DNA of 64,000 nucleotides from Pirellulaceae bacterium (GTDB taxonomy: Bacteria > Planctomycetota > Planctomycetia > Pirellulales > Pirellulaceae), in assembly GCA_041736515.1 (NCBI GenBank), contig JBGSTP010000242.1, forward strand, positions 8,099 through 72,098. Direction: 5' to 3'. The notes under the pieces were generated by a model. It searched no databases, had not been told where the DNA came from, and saw only the letters and a program-made list of their open reading frames with translations. This document shows positions 36,955 to 45,934 of the stretch, one piece after another. Position 1 is the stretch's first letter, and each line of letters opens with the position of its first letter. The position numbers were made by a program, and so were the translations under genes.

Positions 36955-38235
36955 CTACTCTGAACCGTTTTCGCCCAGGCGGCGGTATTTTTCGGAGTAC
37001 TTGTGGTAGAGCTGCGTGTGACGGCTGTTCAGGTCAACGCGTCGTCCTGAAACGAATGCCATTTCGACTTGCGTCGGCGTCTCTAGAATATTGCCATCGG
37101 CTACGAAGAGCGTTGCATCCAAGCCAGCATGCAGGGCTCCAACTCGGTCGCTCACACCCAGAATTTCCGCCGGGCTCAATGTAATAGCGCGAAGCGCCAT
37201 GGATTCAGGCAGGCCATACGCGGCGGCGGTAGCGGCATTGTAGGGCAGGTTGCGAATGCCATTCGCACCAAAACGTCCCCCGGCGGAGATACAGAAAGCG
37301 ATGCCGGCATCGTGGAGCCGTTTTGGAAGGGTGTAGGCTTCGTCGTAGGCGCTGTGCCGACGGCTGGGAATGTTGTAGACACTACTCACAATCACTGCGA
37401 TGTGCTCCTTCTTGAGCAGCTCTGCGCACAGACATGCATCGCTTCCGCCTTCGATGATTAGCTTGATGCCATTTCGCTTCTGGAAGGCGATCGCAGACCG
37501 GATGTCATCGACTTCGTTTGCTTTGACAATCAGCGGAATTTTCCCGCTGAGCACCGGGGCCATGGCTTCGAGTCGCAGGTCGCGCCGGGGAGCGTCTGTC
37601 GTGATGCTGGCTGCGGCGGCGTACCGTTTCGCCTGCTCAAAGAATTCGGCAAACTCTTTCAAATCGATGTCGTTGCGCGGCCAGCGGGCATGCATGCCCG
37701 TGTCCTGCTTGAGGGTCATGTCGTCGCGCGACCATCCGTCCAACATCAGTAGCGATGATCTCCCTGCCAACAATCCACCCTCGGGAGCACTAATTGCCAG
37801 AAGGATGCCATTGGCACGCGCTACGGGAATGAGTTCGCTGTCAGGATTGAAGGCAGTGAGCGCCTGCACGTTGGGGTTCAACGTCCCTGTTTCGCTCGAG
37901 TCGATTGTCGCTCGGATAGAATTGATCTCTACCAAACCCAAATCCGAACTGCTCTCAATCAAGCCCGGATAGACATGTTTTCCATGAGCTTCGATGATTT
38001 CAGTGTCAGCCGGCAAGGCCCCGTTCGAGCCAATCTGGGTAATCTTTCCGTCCGCGAACACGATGGTGCCAGATTGCAAGTCCTCTCCAGAAATCGTATG
38101 TAGCGTCGCACCAACAATGGCGATCGGTTTGGATTGCGCAGCGCCCGGAATCTGATCGGATGCTTGCAATTCAACCAGCAAAAGCAAAGTTCCATGCGCC
38201 AGAATTATCGCCAGCCAATTAAGTTTATGAATCAT
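36955..38235 (-). CDS. amidohydrolase-superfamily protein lacking the HxH metal motif
   Basis: The N-terminal composite-domain pattern is IVGATLHTISG..GTIVFADGKITQIG..EIIEAHGKHVYPGLIESSSDLG. Ser-Ser-Ser stands where HxH is expected. A signal peptide is present. Confidence 0.75.
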   Translation of the reverse strand: MIHKLNWLAIILAHGTLLLLVELQASDQIPGAAQSKPIAIVGATLHTISGEDLQSGTIVFADGKITQIGSNGALPADTEIIEAHGKHVYPGLIESSSDLGLVEINSIRATIDSSETGTLNPNVQALTAFNPDSELIPVARANGILLAISAPEGGLLAGRSSLLMLDGWSRDDMTLKQDTGMHARWPRNDIDLKEFAEFFEQAKRYAAAASITTDAPRRDLRLEAMAPVLSGKIPLIVKANEVDDIRSAIAFQKRNGIKLIIEGGSDACLCAELLKKEHIAVIVSSVYNIPSRRHSAYDEAYTLPKRLHDAGIAFCISAGGRFGANGIRNLPYNAATAAAYGLPESMALRAITLSPAEILGVSDRVGALHAGLDATLFVADGNILETPTQVEMAFVSGRRVDLNSRHTQLYHKYSEKYRRLGENGSE

Positions 38236-38288
38236 CTCTCTATAAGCCCGATTAAAAGTTTGCGAAGTTGCGATAGGGTTACGGCGTG

Positions 38289-41200
38289 CTAGTGATGTTT
38301 GTGCTCATCGTGCCCATGATGGCAGAACTCGTCATGTCGAGCCCACCAAAGCGACGGGTCTTTTTCGTCAGCTTCTCCGCCTTTGCCTGTTGCTTTTGAG
38401 TTCGCTAATTGCACTAGTTTTCTTCGTAGAAGTTCATCAGACTCGCGCTGCGCCAAGTCCTCGCCGCGATCAAAGTACTTCCGACCATCAATCCAAGTTT
38501 GCATGCACATGGACAAAGTTGAGAGCGGAGATCGATTCCATATGACGAAATCTGCGTGCTTGCCCGGCTCGAGCGATCCAACCCACGAATCAATTCGCAA
38601 TTGTTTAGCAGGGTTGAGCGTTACGAATTTAAGTGCTTCGCTGGGCTCGATACCGCCATATTTCACTGCTTTAGCGGCTTCGTGATTTAGATGTCGCGCC
38701 AACTCGGCGTCGTCGGAATTGAACGAGACAACCACACCGGCGCGGTGCATAAGAGCACCGTTGTACGGAATCGCATCTTGGACCTCGACCTTGTAAGCCC
38801 ACCAATCGGAGAAGCTAGAGCCGGTCGCTCCGTGTGCCGCCATCGCATCCGCCACTTTGTAGCCCTCAAGGATATGTTGCAGGGAGCCAATGGTGACTTT
38901 GTACTCGTCGAGTAATCGCAAGATCATTAAAATCTCGTCTTGGCGATAGCTGTGGCAATGCACCCAGCGATTTCGATCGAGGATTTCAGCAATCGCCTCT
39001 AGTTCGAGATCCCGACGTGGTGGTAATCCGGAGGAGCCTTGACGCCAACTCTGCCAGCGGCTTTGGTATGCTCTCGCCGCTTCGAAGCGATCTCGCAAAA
39101 TCTCTTCCACTCCCATTCGAGATTGTGGATATCGAGTACTGCCTTCGCGGCTGCTTTGCTTTACGTTTTCGCCTAACGCGAATTTAATCCCGGCAGGTGC
39201 CTCCTGCATTTTCAGCTCTTCATCGAGACTGCCCCAGCGAAGTTTGATAACCTGGTTTTGACCGCCGATAGGATTTGCAGAACCGTGAAGAATATTGGCT
39301 GTAGTTACTCCGCCAGCCAGCTGACGATAGATCGTAATATCATTGCAGTCGATGAAGTCGCCAACGCGTACCTCAGCCGTAATGGCTTGACCAGATTCGT
39401 TCACTCCCCCGTCGGTCGCCATGTGCGAATGGCAGTCGATAATTCCCGGCGAAACATGCATGCCGGTAGCATCAAACACGATGGCACCAGCGGGTACCAT
39501 GAGATTCTTTCCGACCTCGGCGATAATTCCCTTCTGAACCAATAGGTCCGCGGATTCCAATACTCCCGCATCTCCACAGGTCCAGAGAGTTGCGTTCTTG
39601 ATCAATAATATTTCGGGTTGTGTAGGTGGAGCAGTTCGTCCAAAAGCTCCCAACGGGTAATTGATCTTGCAATCGACGCCCGTTAATGCTGGGGATGTCT
39701 CCTCTGCTTTCTCCTCCTCGTTCGCTTTCGGTAGTTTTTCATTGGATTGGCTGACGATTTTGGCTTGTGGCTCATCTGCTTTGACTTCGTTTGCCACAGA
39801 GACCGCATCGGGGATTGCGGTGCCTGTGAATGTGGTTGTCGACGAGTCTGGCCAAAGTAGCGTGACTTCGATGGCAGCTTCAAGATGGACTAGGGTAAGC
39901 CAGCCGCGTCCGGCTGGCTTTTCGGCAACGCCCTGCAATGCGAACTTCTCGGGGATTTCGAAAGTGCCTGTCAGCCGATAACTGTTGAAGGAGAGCTCTT
40001 TGAGTTCCAAGGCTGGAGCTGTTTTCGGCTGCGTTTGCGGTAGTTTCTCTTCGGCTGCTTGGTTCTCGGTGGAATTTGGTTCGTCGCTTTTCGCAACAGC
40101 GGCGGTCCGATCGGAATTGGGTTGCTTGTCGAAGGCAGCAGGTAAGCCGATTTTTGCTGTCAGTTTGTCTGACTTACCAGAGACTTCCAAAATTAGCTGT
40201 GCAGAAGTAGCCAACTGTGCCGAGGATTCATCCAAATGGAGCTGCCAGCGACCATGGATCTCGGTTTTCGGCTTGGGACCGAACTGATGCCGATCGCCTT
40301 GCACCCACGTCTCTTCAATTACCGTTTTCTTATCGAACAAAGGCCCACTGGTTATTAGAACATTGGCGAGCTTTCCAACTTCGAGCGAACCCGCCAGATG
40401 TTCGATGCCGAGTAATTGGGCTGGGGCGATGGTCAGAGCTTCGAGCGCTTTTTGTTCCGAGAGCCCTGCTTCAATTGCAATGCGTACTTTGGACAGTAGC
40501 TCTGTGGGCTTGTCTAGACCGTCCGCAGAGAGAACAAAACGTACTGCCGCTTTTTCTAGACGGCCTGGATTCTCAGGAGCTAACCGCCAATGCATGAGCG
40601 TCTGCAGACTGACATCGGTCATCTCTGATTCGGAGTTGACCTTGGGAGCATCCGGAAAATTCACCGGAATGATGAAGGTTCGGCCCGTTGCTGATATCGC
40701 CTCCAATTGGCGGTATTCGCGTCCAGAACCACGAACGACTAGTTTCAGCGAAAGTTCGTTCGCCACACGATCGGCACGGAGTGCATAAAGCTCGTTGGTG
40801 CCATCGATGACCACAGTTTGTTGTGCACGTACAGTCGTTTTCAGAGCTGCCAGAGAAGCATTGTGGTCTGGATGTGGGATTGCCGTGTTGGCGCTGGCAG
40901 CCTGCAGAGCGCGTAGATACCAGTCCGCATCCAATAATGATTGACGCACCAATGCAGTAGCGCCCATTGGGCTATTCGGATAGCGTTCCGAAGATCCTCG
41001 GTTGGGATAGAGGCGAATGTGTTGGAACACATCGCTCTTTAACAGAGTATCGGCAAGTGGGGCCTCTGCAGTCGTTAATACGCAGCTCTGACCTTTGATG
41101 ATGCCATCTTTGGGCGCCGCCAAAATGAGCCCGATACCTGCTTTGCGCAGATTCTCGAATTGGGATTTTTCAAGTTTGACGACTCGCGACATACTCCTTT

Positions 41201-41594
41201 CTGGCTTTACGCTTGTATTCCAGTAGGCTGCTGGGGTATCGAATTCGTTTGCATCTAATTCAACCATCGCGTCGACAAACGCAGGGTACAGAAAACTTCC
41301 TTCGCAATCGACGATTTCCGCGCCTGCCGGTTCGGCTAAATTGTTGCCGACGGCCAATATTTTGCCGTCTTGAATCAGCAGACTGCCAGCATCGAGAGAC
41401 TTGGTTGAGTTGATGACGATATGCGCGTTCTTGAGCAATACCAAACTCGGCGGTTGAAAGCGTACGCCCACGTCAGGTGCCGTGTCGGTTTGGTCTGCTA
41501 CGGCGAGCGAGACTGAAATTGCATTCCAAAAACATAATAGTGCAAACCAGTGGCCGAGCGCAGAAAGGCATGAAACTAATTTTGCGTTATGCAT
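38289..41594 (-). CDS. large two-module amidohydrolase-superfamily protein
   Basis: 1101 aa with a signal peptide. The N-module has PAFVDAMVEL (no HxH) and the C-module has the canonical PGIIDCHSHMA. The C-terminus is a His-rich tail, HDEFCHHGHDEHKHH. Confidence 0.8.
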   Translation of the reverse strand: MHNAKLVSCLSALGHWFALLCFWNAISVSLAVADQTDTAPDVGVRFQPPSLVLLKNAHIVINSTKSLDAGSLLIQDGKILAVGNNLAEPAGAEIVDCEGSFLYPAFVDAMVELDANEFDTPAAYWNTSVKPERSMSRVVKLEKSQFENLRKAGIGLILAAPKDGIIKGQSCVLTTAEAPLADTLLKSDVFQHIRLYPNRGSSERYPNSPMGATALVRQSLLDADWYLRALQAASANTAIPHPDHNASLAALKTTVRAQQTVVIDGTNELYALRADRVANELSLKLVVRGSGREYRQLEAISATGRTFIIPVNFPDAPKVNSESEMTDVSLQTLMHWRLAPENPGRLEKAAVRFVLSADGLDKPTELLSKVRIAIEAGLSEQKALEALTIAPAQLLGIEHLAGSLEVGKLANVLITSGPLFDKKTVIEETWVQGDRHQFGPKPKTEIHGRWQLHLDESSAQLATSAQLILEVSGKSDKLTAKIGLPAAFDKQPNSDRTAAVAKSDEPNSTENQAAEEKLPQTQPKTAPALELKELSFNSYRLTGTFEIPEKFALQGVAEKPAGRGWLTLVHLEAAIEVTLLWPDSSTTTFTGTAIPDAVSVANEVKADEPQAKIVSQSNEKLPKANEEEKAEETSPALTGVDCKINYPLGAFGRTAPPTQPEILLIKNATLWTCGDAGVLESADLLVQKGIIAEVGKNLMVPAGAIVFDATGMHVSPGIIDCHSHMATDGGVNESGQAITAEVRVGDFIDCNDITIYRQLAGGVTTANILHGSANPIGGQNQVIKLRWGSLDEELKMQEAPAGIKFALGENVKQSSREGSTRYPQSRMGVEEILRDRFEAARAYQSRWQSWRQGSSGLPPRRDLELEAIAEILDRNRWVHCHSYRQDEILMILRLLDEYKVTIGSLQHILEGYKVADAMAAHGATGSSFSDWWAYKVEVQDAIPYNGALMHRAGVVVSFNSDDAELARHLNHEAAKAVKYGGIEPSEALKFVTLNPAKQLRIDSWVGSLEPGKHADFVIWNRSPLSTLSMCMQTWIDGRKYFDRGEDLAQRESDELLRRKLVQLANSKATGKGGEADEKDPSLWWARHDEFCHHGHDEHKHH

Positions 41595-41876
41595 GTTTGC
41601 CGATCGATAAAATATTGCGGAAAGAACCCAAGGATACTTCAGCCTAGTTGGACAGCACCACTCGCATGAGCCCCGGGATACTCGAATTGCAAAGCCGTGC
41701 AGTTTTTTTCAGTGTTGTCGACTGAAAGCGGCGGCGACCAAGCAAGGCTCGCCGAAATCAGCCTGCTATCAATCTTAATCTGAAAAACTTAGAAGCTGTT
41801 TGTGGGGACAACGAACTTTCTGGAAGCTAAACGAGTTAACATAGACTGTCCTTATAACCGTTAACCGAACGAAATC

Positions 41877-42521
41877 ATGTCAAACTCAATCTGGCCCGAC
41901 GGCCAACAGACCAAGGAACTGCTCTTAGAGGCTCGCGAAGGCGATAATCGAGCCGTTGAGCATCTACTTGATCGTCACCGGGATTCGCTCCGGAGGATGA
42001 TAGGCATGCGATTAGACCAGCGGATTTTGCGCCGCGTCGATGTGAGCGACGTGGTTCAGGATGTCATGATCGAGGCAAACCGTAGGCTGCAGGATTACTT
42101 GGCAAATCCAGTTATGGCGTTTCATTTGTGGATTCGCCAGATCGCGAAGGATCGCATTATCGATGCCCATCGCCGCCACCGCGGTTCAGCAAAACGCAGT
42201 GTAGATCGCGAACAACAGCTGGCGTTCCAAGGCGATGTCGACCAATCCACCATCGATTTAGCGGCGCAGTTGTGCGATCGCGAACTCACGCCGGCGGCAG
42301 AAGCTACGCAGCGCGAACTGGCTATGCGAATACAGGCGGCCATTGCACAATTGGAAGACCGAGACCGCGAGATTGTCCTGATGCGGCATTACGAACAACT
42401 TTCAAACCAGGAAATTGCCCAGGCGCTTGAGTTAACGGAGCCGGCTGCGAGCATGCGCTACCTACGGGCTCTGAAACGGCTGAGGGCCGTGCTTAACCAG
42501 ACGGGCAGCGACGATGAATGA
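41877..42521 (+). CDS. ECF-type RNA polymerase sigma-70 family factor
   Basis: 214 aa. The sigma-2 region is AVEHLLDRHRDSLRRMIGMRL..DVVQDVMIEA. The sigma-4 region is EIVLMRHYEQLSNQEIAQALELTEPAASMRYLRALKRLR. Confidence 0.88.
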   Translation: MSNSIWPDGQQTKELLLEAREGDNRAVEHLLDRHRDSLRRMIGMRLDQRILRRVDVSDVVQDVMIEANRRLQDYLANPVMAFHLWIRQIAKDRIIDAHRRHRGSAKRSVDREQQLAFQGDVDQSTIDLAAQLCDRELTPAAEATQRELAMRIQAAIAQLEDRDREIVLMRHYEQLSNQEIAQALELTEPAASMRYLRALKRLRAVLNQTGSDDE

Positions 42522-42533
42522 TGACTAGGTACG

Positions 42534-44207
42534 ATGGAAATTGAGCCTGCAAAACAAGAGCTGAGTCCAGTAGATGAGCACGAAAGCGCATTGGCAGGAT
42601 TAATCAGTAGCTTAGTGGATCGACTCCAAGCGGGAGAATTGCTCAGTTTCGAAACGATTTGTGCGGAACATCCTCGTTTTCGCGACGACCTGGCAGAACT
42701 CTGGGGAGCTTTGATAGTAACGGATGCAGCGGCAGCGCAGGCCCGCAAAGTCGATGCAACGACAGGCTTGACCGATCAGTACCAGTCAAGCCTGTTTGTG
42801 CCTTCGCTGCCATATACAATTGGAGACTACGAACTGCTCGATGTTATCGGGCGTGGCGGCATGGGAGTCGTTTACCGCGCCCGTCAGGTCAGCCTAAATC
42901 GCACGGTCGCGGTAAAAATGATTCACGAGAATCGTCCGGCGAGCGATGAGAATCGCAAGCGATTCTTTGCAGAGGCGGAAGCCACGGCGCGGTTGGAACA
43001 CCCAAGTATCGTGTCGATCTTTGAAGTATGCGAGTTCCAGGGACACCCGTTTTTTAGTATGCAGTTCGTAAGTGGTGAGACCTTAGCCGAGCGATTGAAG
43101 CAAGGTCCGCTTCCCCAACGTGCTGCCGCGCGGATCATGATCGCTGTGTGCCGGGCGATTGACTTTGCTCATCAAAAAGGCGTCTTGCATCGCGATATCA
43201 AACCATCCAATATCATGATTGACATACGTGACCAAGTGCACGTTACAGATTTTGGGCTCGCCAAGTTTTCCAATTCGAGCGATAACCTCACTCGTTCGGG
43301 AGCCATCATAGGCACGCCTAGTTACATGTCGCCCGAACAAGCCAGCGGACGCTCCTCGCAGTTGGGGCCGAGATCGGATATCTATAGTCTTGGTACTGTG
43401 CTGTACCACTTATTGACCGGTCGTCCTCCCTTCGTGGCAGAATCGCCTATTGAGTTGGCCCTGCAAGTACTCGAGCACGATCCGCCAGCGGTCCGTCTTC
43501 TGGAGCCAAGTGTCGATCGCGATCTCGAGATGATCGTGCAACGCAGTATTCAAAAGCCCCCGGACCTGCGGTACGCGACGGCGGGCGAAATGGCGGACGA
43601 TCTGGAGTCCTTCTTGCGCGACGAACCAGTGCGAGCGCGGAGCGGAAAGCTTGGGCAAGTGGTTGCGCGCTGGTTTCGCGAAACTCATCATGCGGCCGTG
43701 CTAGAGAATTGGGGGCTGCTCTGGATGTGGCATAGCCTAGTTCTGCTGATCGTTAGCTTTGCGACCGAAGCGCTCCATTGGCTGGATGTCACCAGCCGCA
43801 TGAGCTATGCCGGCTTATGGATACTCGGGCTAGGAACGTGGGCTTTTGTCTTCTGGGCGCTGCGGCATCGGATGGGTCCTGTTACCTTTGTCGAACGTCA
43901 AATCGCGCATGTGTGGGGAGCCAGCTTGCTGGCGATCGCTGCGCTGACGCCGTTGGAATGGCTGATGCAATTGGAGCCGCTGCAGTTGTCGCCCATTCTA
44001 GGCATAGTTAGCGCGATGATGTTCTTCATCAAAGCTGGAATTCTGGCAGGCTGGTTCTACATTCAGTCTGCCTGCCTGCTTGCTACAAGTTTTCTCATGG
44101 CCATCTTTCCCGAGATGGCCCACCTGATCTTCGGCATTGTGTCCGCAGCGTGCTTCTTTATTCCCGGATTGAAATACCACCGTCAGAAGCAACGCGCTGG
44201 ACTGTGA
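42534..44207 (+). CDS. Ser/Thr protein kinase with about six C-terminal TM helices
   Basis: Kinase motifs are GRGGMGVVYRA, VAVKMI, HRDIKPSNIMI, TDFGLAK and GTPSYMSPE. The gene lies 12 nt downstream of the ECF sigma gene. Confidence 0.9.
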   Translation: MEIEPAKQELSPVDEHESALAGLISSLVDRLQAGELLSFETICAEHPRFRDDLAELWGALIVTDAAAAQARKVDATTGLTDQYQSSLFVPSLPYTIGDYELLDVIGRGGMGVVYRARQVSLNRTVAVKMIHENRPASDENRKRFFAEAEATARLEHPSIVSIFEVCEFQGHPFFSMQFVSGETLAERLKQGPLPQRAAARIMIAVCRAIDFAHQKGVLHRDIKPSNIMIDIRDQVHVTDFGLAKFSNSSDNLTRSGAIIGTPSYMSPEQASGRSSQLGPRSDIYSLGTVLYHLLTGRPPFVAESPIELALQVLEHDPPAVRLLEPSVDRDLEMIVQRSIQKPPDLRYATAGEMADDLESFLRDEPVRARSGKLGQVVARWFRETHHAAVLENWGLLWMWHSLVLLIVSFATEALHWLDVTSRMSYAGLWILGLGTWAFVFWALRHRMGPVTFVERQIAHVWGASLLAIAALTPLEWLMQLEPLQLSPILGIVSAMMFFIKAGILAGWFYIQSACLLATSFLMAIFPEMAHLIFGIVSAACFFIPGLKYHRQKQRAGL

Positions 44208-44242
44208 AAATCGGTTGACGCCCGGCACGACCAAGTTCCGCC

Positions 44243-44584
44243 TTAAGGGATTGTAAAACGTAGCGCGTTGCGAACTGGCTGGCCAGGCACATACACGTTG
44301 GGGTAACCGCCAATACCGGGACCGATGACTGCCGGGCGAACTCGCACTACCGGACTGTAAATCGGAGCGGCAACAACGGGCCGGTAGGCGCTGTAGGACA
44401 CCACGGGAGGGGCCATCACCCGGGGAGCCGCATAAACAACTGGATACGGACGAGCGATCACCGGCGCAACTCGCACACCGACGGACGGGCCGTAAACAAA
44501 TACTTGTGCATGCGTATGAGTGGCAACGATGGCCCCGAGTACGAGTGAAGCGGCTAATGCCAAAGTGATTTTTAACTTGCTCAT
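44243..44584 (-). CDS. small secreted basic Pro/Val/Tyr-rich protein
   Basis: The listed ORF is 44243..44752; I start it at ATG 44584 (GGAG 8 nt upstream). The signal peptide is MSKLKITLALAASLVLGAIVATHTHA. The 87-aa mature part has 0 Asp/Glu and 8 Arg, with reiterated PVV/YxP units. Confidence 0.6.
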   Translation of the reverse strand: MSKLKITLALAASLVLGAIVATHTHAQVFVYGPSVGVRVAPVIARPYPVVYAAPRVMAPPVVSYSAYRPVVAAPIYSPVVRVRPAVIGPGIGGYPNVYVPGQPVRNALRFTIP

Positions 44585-44705
44585 TGCGATTTCTCCGTTG
44601 TGATAAAGGTTCCGTGGTAAGTTTCCGCACAGGCTGGTTTTTCCGCGACAGCATTCAATAACGCTGCAACTCACTGGGCGAGTGCCAATCAGTGTGTATG
44701 CAAGG

Positions 44706-44721
44706 TGCATAGACTGTGCCA
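44706..44721 (-). promoter_or_regulatory. candidate sigma-54 (-24/-12) promoter TGGCAC-AGTCT-ATGCA
   Basis: The minus strand from 44721 to 44706 has GG and GC at the consensus spacing of TGGCAC-N5-TTGCW, with one core deviation (A for the first T of TTGC). It lies about 120 nt upstream of ATG 44584. Confidence 0.4.
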
Positions 44722-44910
44722 AAGCTGCCGTTCGCAAGTGCCTTGAGCCCAAGAAAATACCGTTCCAGGCAATTTCAATTCAACTGGTAATTCGACGTTG
44801 GACATTGCAGGTAATCAAGCAAGCCCGCGTGAGATAGCGAAAACTGAACAATAGTGTTACAAAACTCGCAGTTGGATTTTTGAAACAGGGTGTGTCGTGG
44901 AGGATTAGTC

Positions 44911-45675
44911 ATGTCAAATTCGGGTACGGCCAGCCCACGCCCTGTCGCATTGATCACGGGGGGGGCGACTGGAGTCGGACGAGCCTGCGCGTTGAGGTTT
45001 GTGCAATTGGGATACGCAGTTGTTGTCAATTATTCTCGCAGCAAATCCGATGCCATAGATGTCGAAAAGTTGATTGCTGACAGGGGAGGCGAGTCGCTAC
45101 TTGTTTGTTGCGATGTGGCAGATGAGATGCAGGTCACCGAGATGATGGCGGCAATCCGCGAGAGATTTGGCCGCCTAGATGTATTGGTAAACAATGCAGC
45201 CGTCACTCATTTTGTGCCCTTGAAAAACTTAGCGGATATGGATGGCGAAAAGTGGGATCGGATACTGTCGGTCAATTTGAAGGGTCCTTTCTTTTGTATT
45301 CGCGCGGCCGCGGAAATGCTCAGTGCCAGTAGCCAGGGCTCGGTGGTTAATGTCAGCTCGGTGGCTGGACAGACCGGTCGTGGATCGTGTGTAGCCTATG
45401 CGGCCAGCAAAGGGGCGCTCAATACATTGACAAAATCCTTGGCTGTGGCGCTGGCTCCGAAAGTTCGTGTCAACGGCGTGTTGCCAGGTCCTATCGATAC
45501 ACGCTGGATTCGCGAGGGCAATAAAGACTGGGACCTAGATGAGATGACCGCGCATTACCCGATACCACGCCCTTCGCAGCCGGACGAAATTGCCGATGCC
45601 GTGGTCTATTTGGCGACCGGCACATCGATGACGACTGGTCAGCTCTTGGTCGTCGATGGCGGCCAAACTCTGTGA
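44911..45675 (+). CDS. SDR-family oxidoreductase (FabG-like)
   Basis: The listed ORF starts at 44890; I prefer ATG 44911 (GGAGGA upstream). The cofactor motif TGGATGVGRA, NNAA, and catalytic YAASKGAL (YxxxK) are present. Confidence 0.9.
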   Translation: MSNSGTASPRPVALITGGATGVGRACALRFVQLGYAVVVNYSRSKSDAIDVEKLIADRGGESLLVCCDVADEMQVTEMMAAIRERFGRLDVLVNNAAVTHFVPLKNLADMDGEKWDRILSVNLKGPFFCIRAAAEMLSASSQGSVVNVSSVAGQTGRGSCVAYAASKGALNTLTKSLAVALAPKVRVNGVLPGPIDTRWIREGNKDWDLDEMTAHYPIPRPSQPDEIADAVVYLATGTSMTTGQLLVVDGGQTL

Positions 45676-45934
45676 GCCTTGGCGTTCCGGCTAATTCGGC
45701 AACTTATTTGCAGATGGTCGCTTACTCGACTGAGACGTCGCAGCAGGGACGAGCTGGTGTGCGGATGAGCGGACTACGTTGTTGTTACGGGGGGGGCTCA
45801 GGCTGGAAGCGCATCCAGCTGGGTTTGTCCTTTCTCTCGCCGCAGCCACGGTTTTCGCTCATTAAACCGCGGCTGAGGAATGTCCAACAAGGGGCCCGAT
45901 GGAAACAGAATGCAGTTGTTTCGATCGCAGTGGA

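Noticed and set aside
41800-41876. A GAAC-N15-CGA motif upstream of the second ECF sigma gene, considered as a possible autoregulated ECF promoter.
   Set aside because: The match is short and degenerate, the spacing is not typical, and no equivalent motif is seen upstream of the first ECF gene.
43998-44654. A 218-aa minus-strand ORF spanning the kinase 3' end and the small-protein locus.
   Set aside because: Its composition is Arg/Ser/Cys-rich and junk-like. It overlaps both the well-supported kinase gene and, in another frame, the small ORF that has a signal peptide and an RBS.
44682-44687. A second TGGCAC on the minus strand, 34 nt downstream of the candidate sigma-54 promoter.
   Set aside because: The nearest TTGC is 7 nt too far away, so it is not a functional -24/-12 pair on its own.
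44958-44965. A G8 homopolymer inside the SDR gene and another G8 at 45789-45796, considered as possible slipped-strand phase-variation tracts.
   Set aside because: The first simply encodes the Gly-Gly of the TGGxxGxG cofactor motif, and the second lies in a convergent intergenic region. Eight residues is short, and there is no evidence of variability. The A9/T9 (10905-10913) and A8/T8 (16235-16242) runs encode Phe-Phe-Leu in signal peptides.
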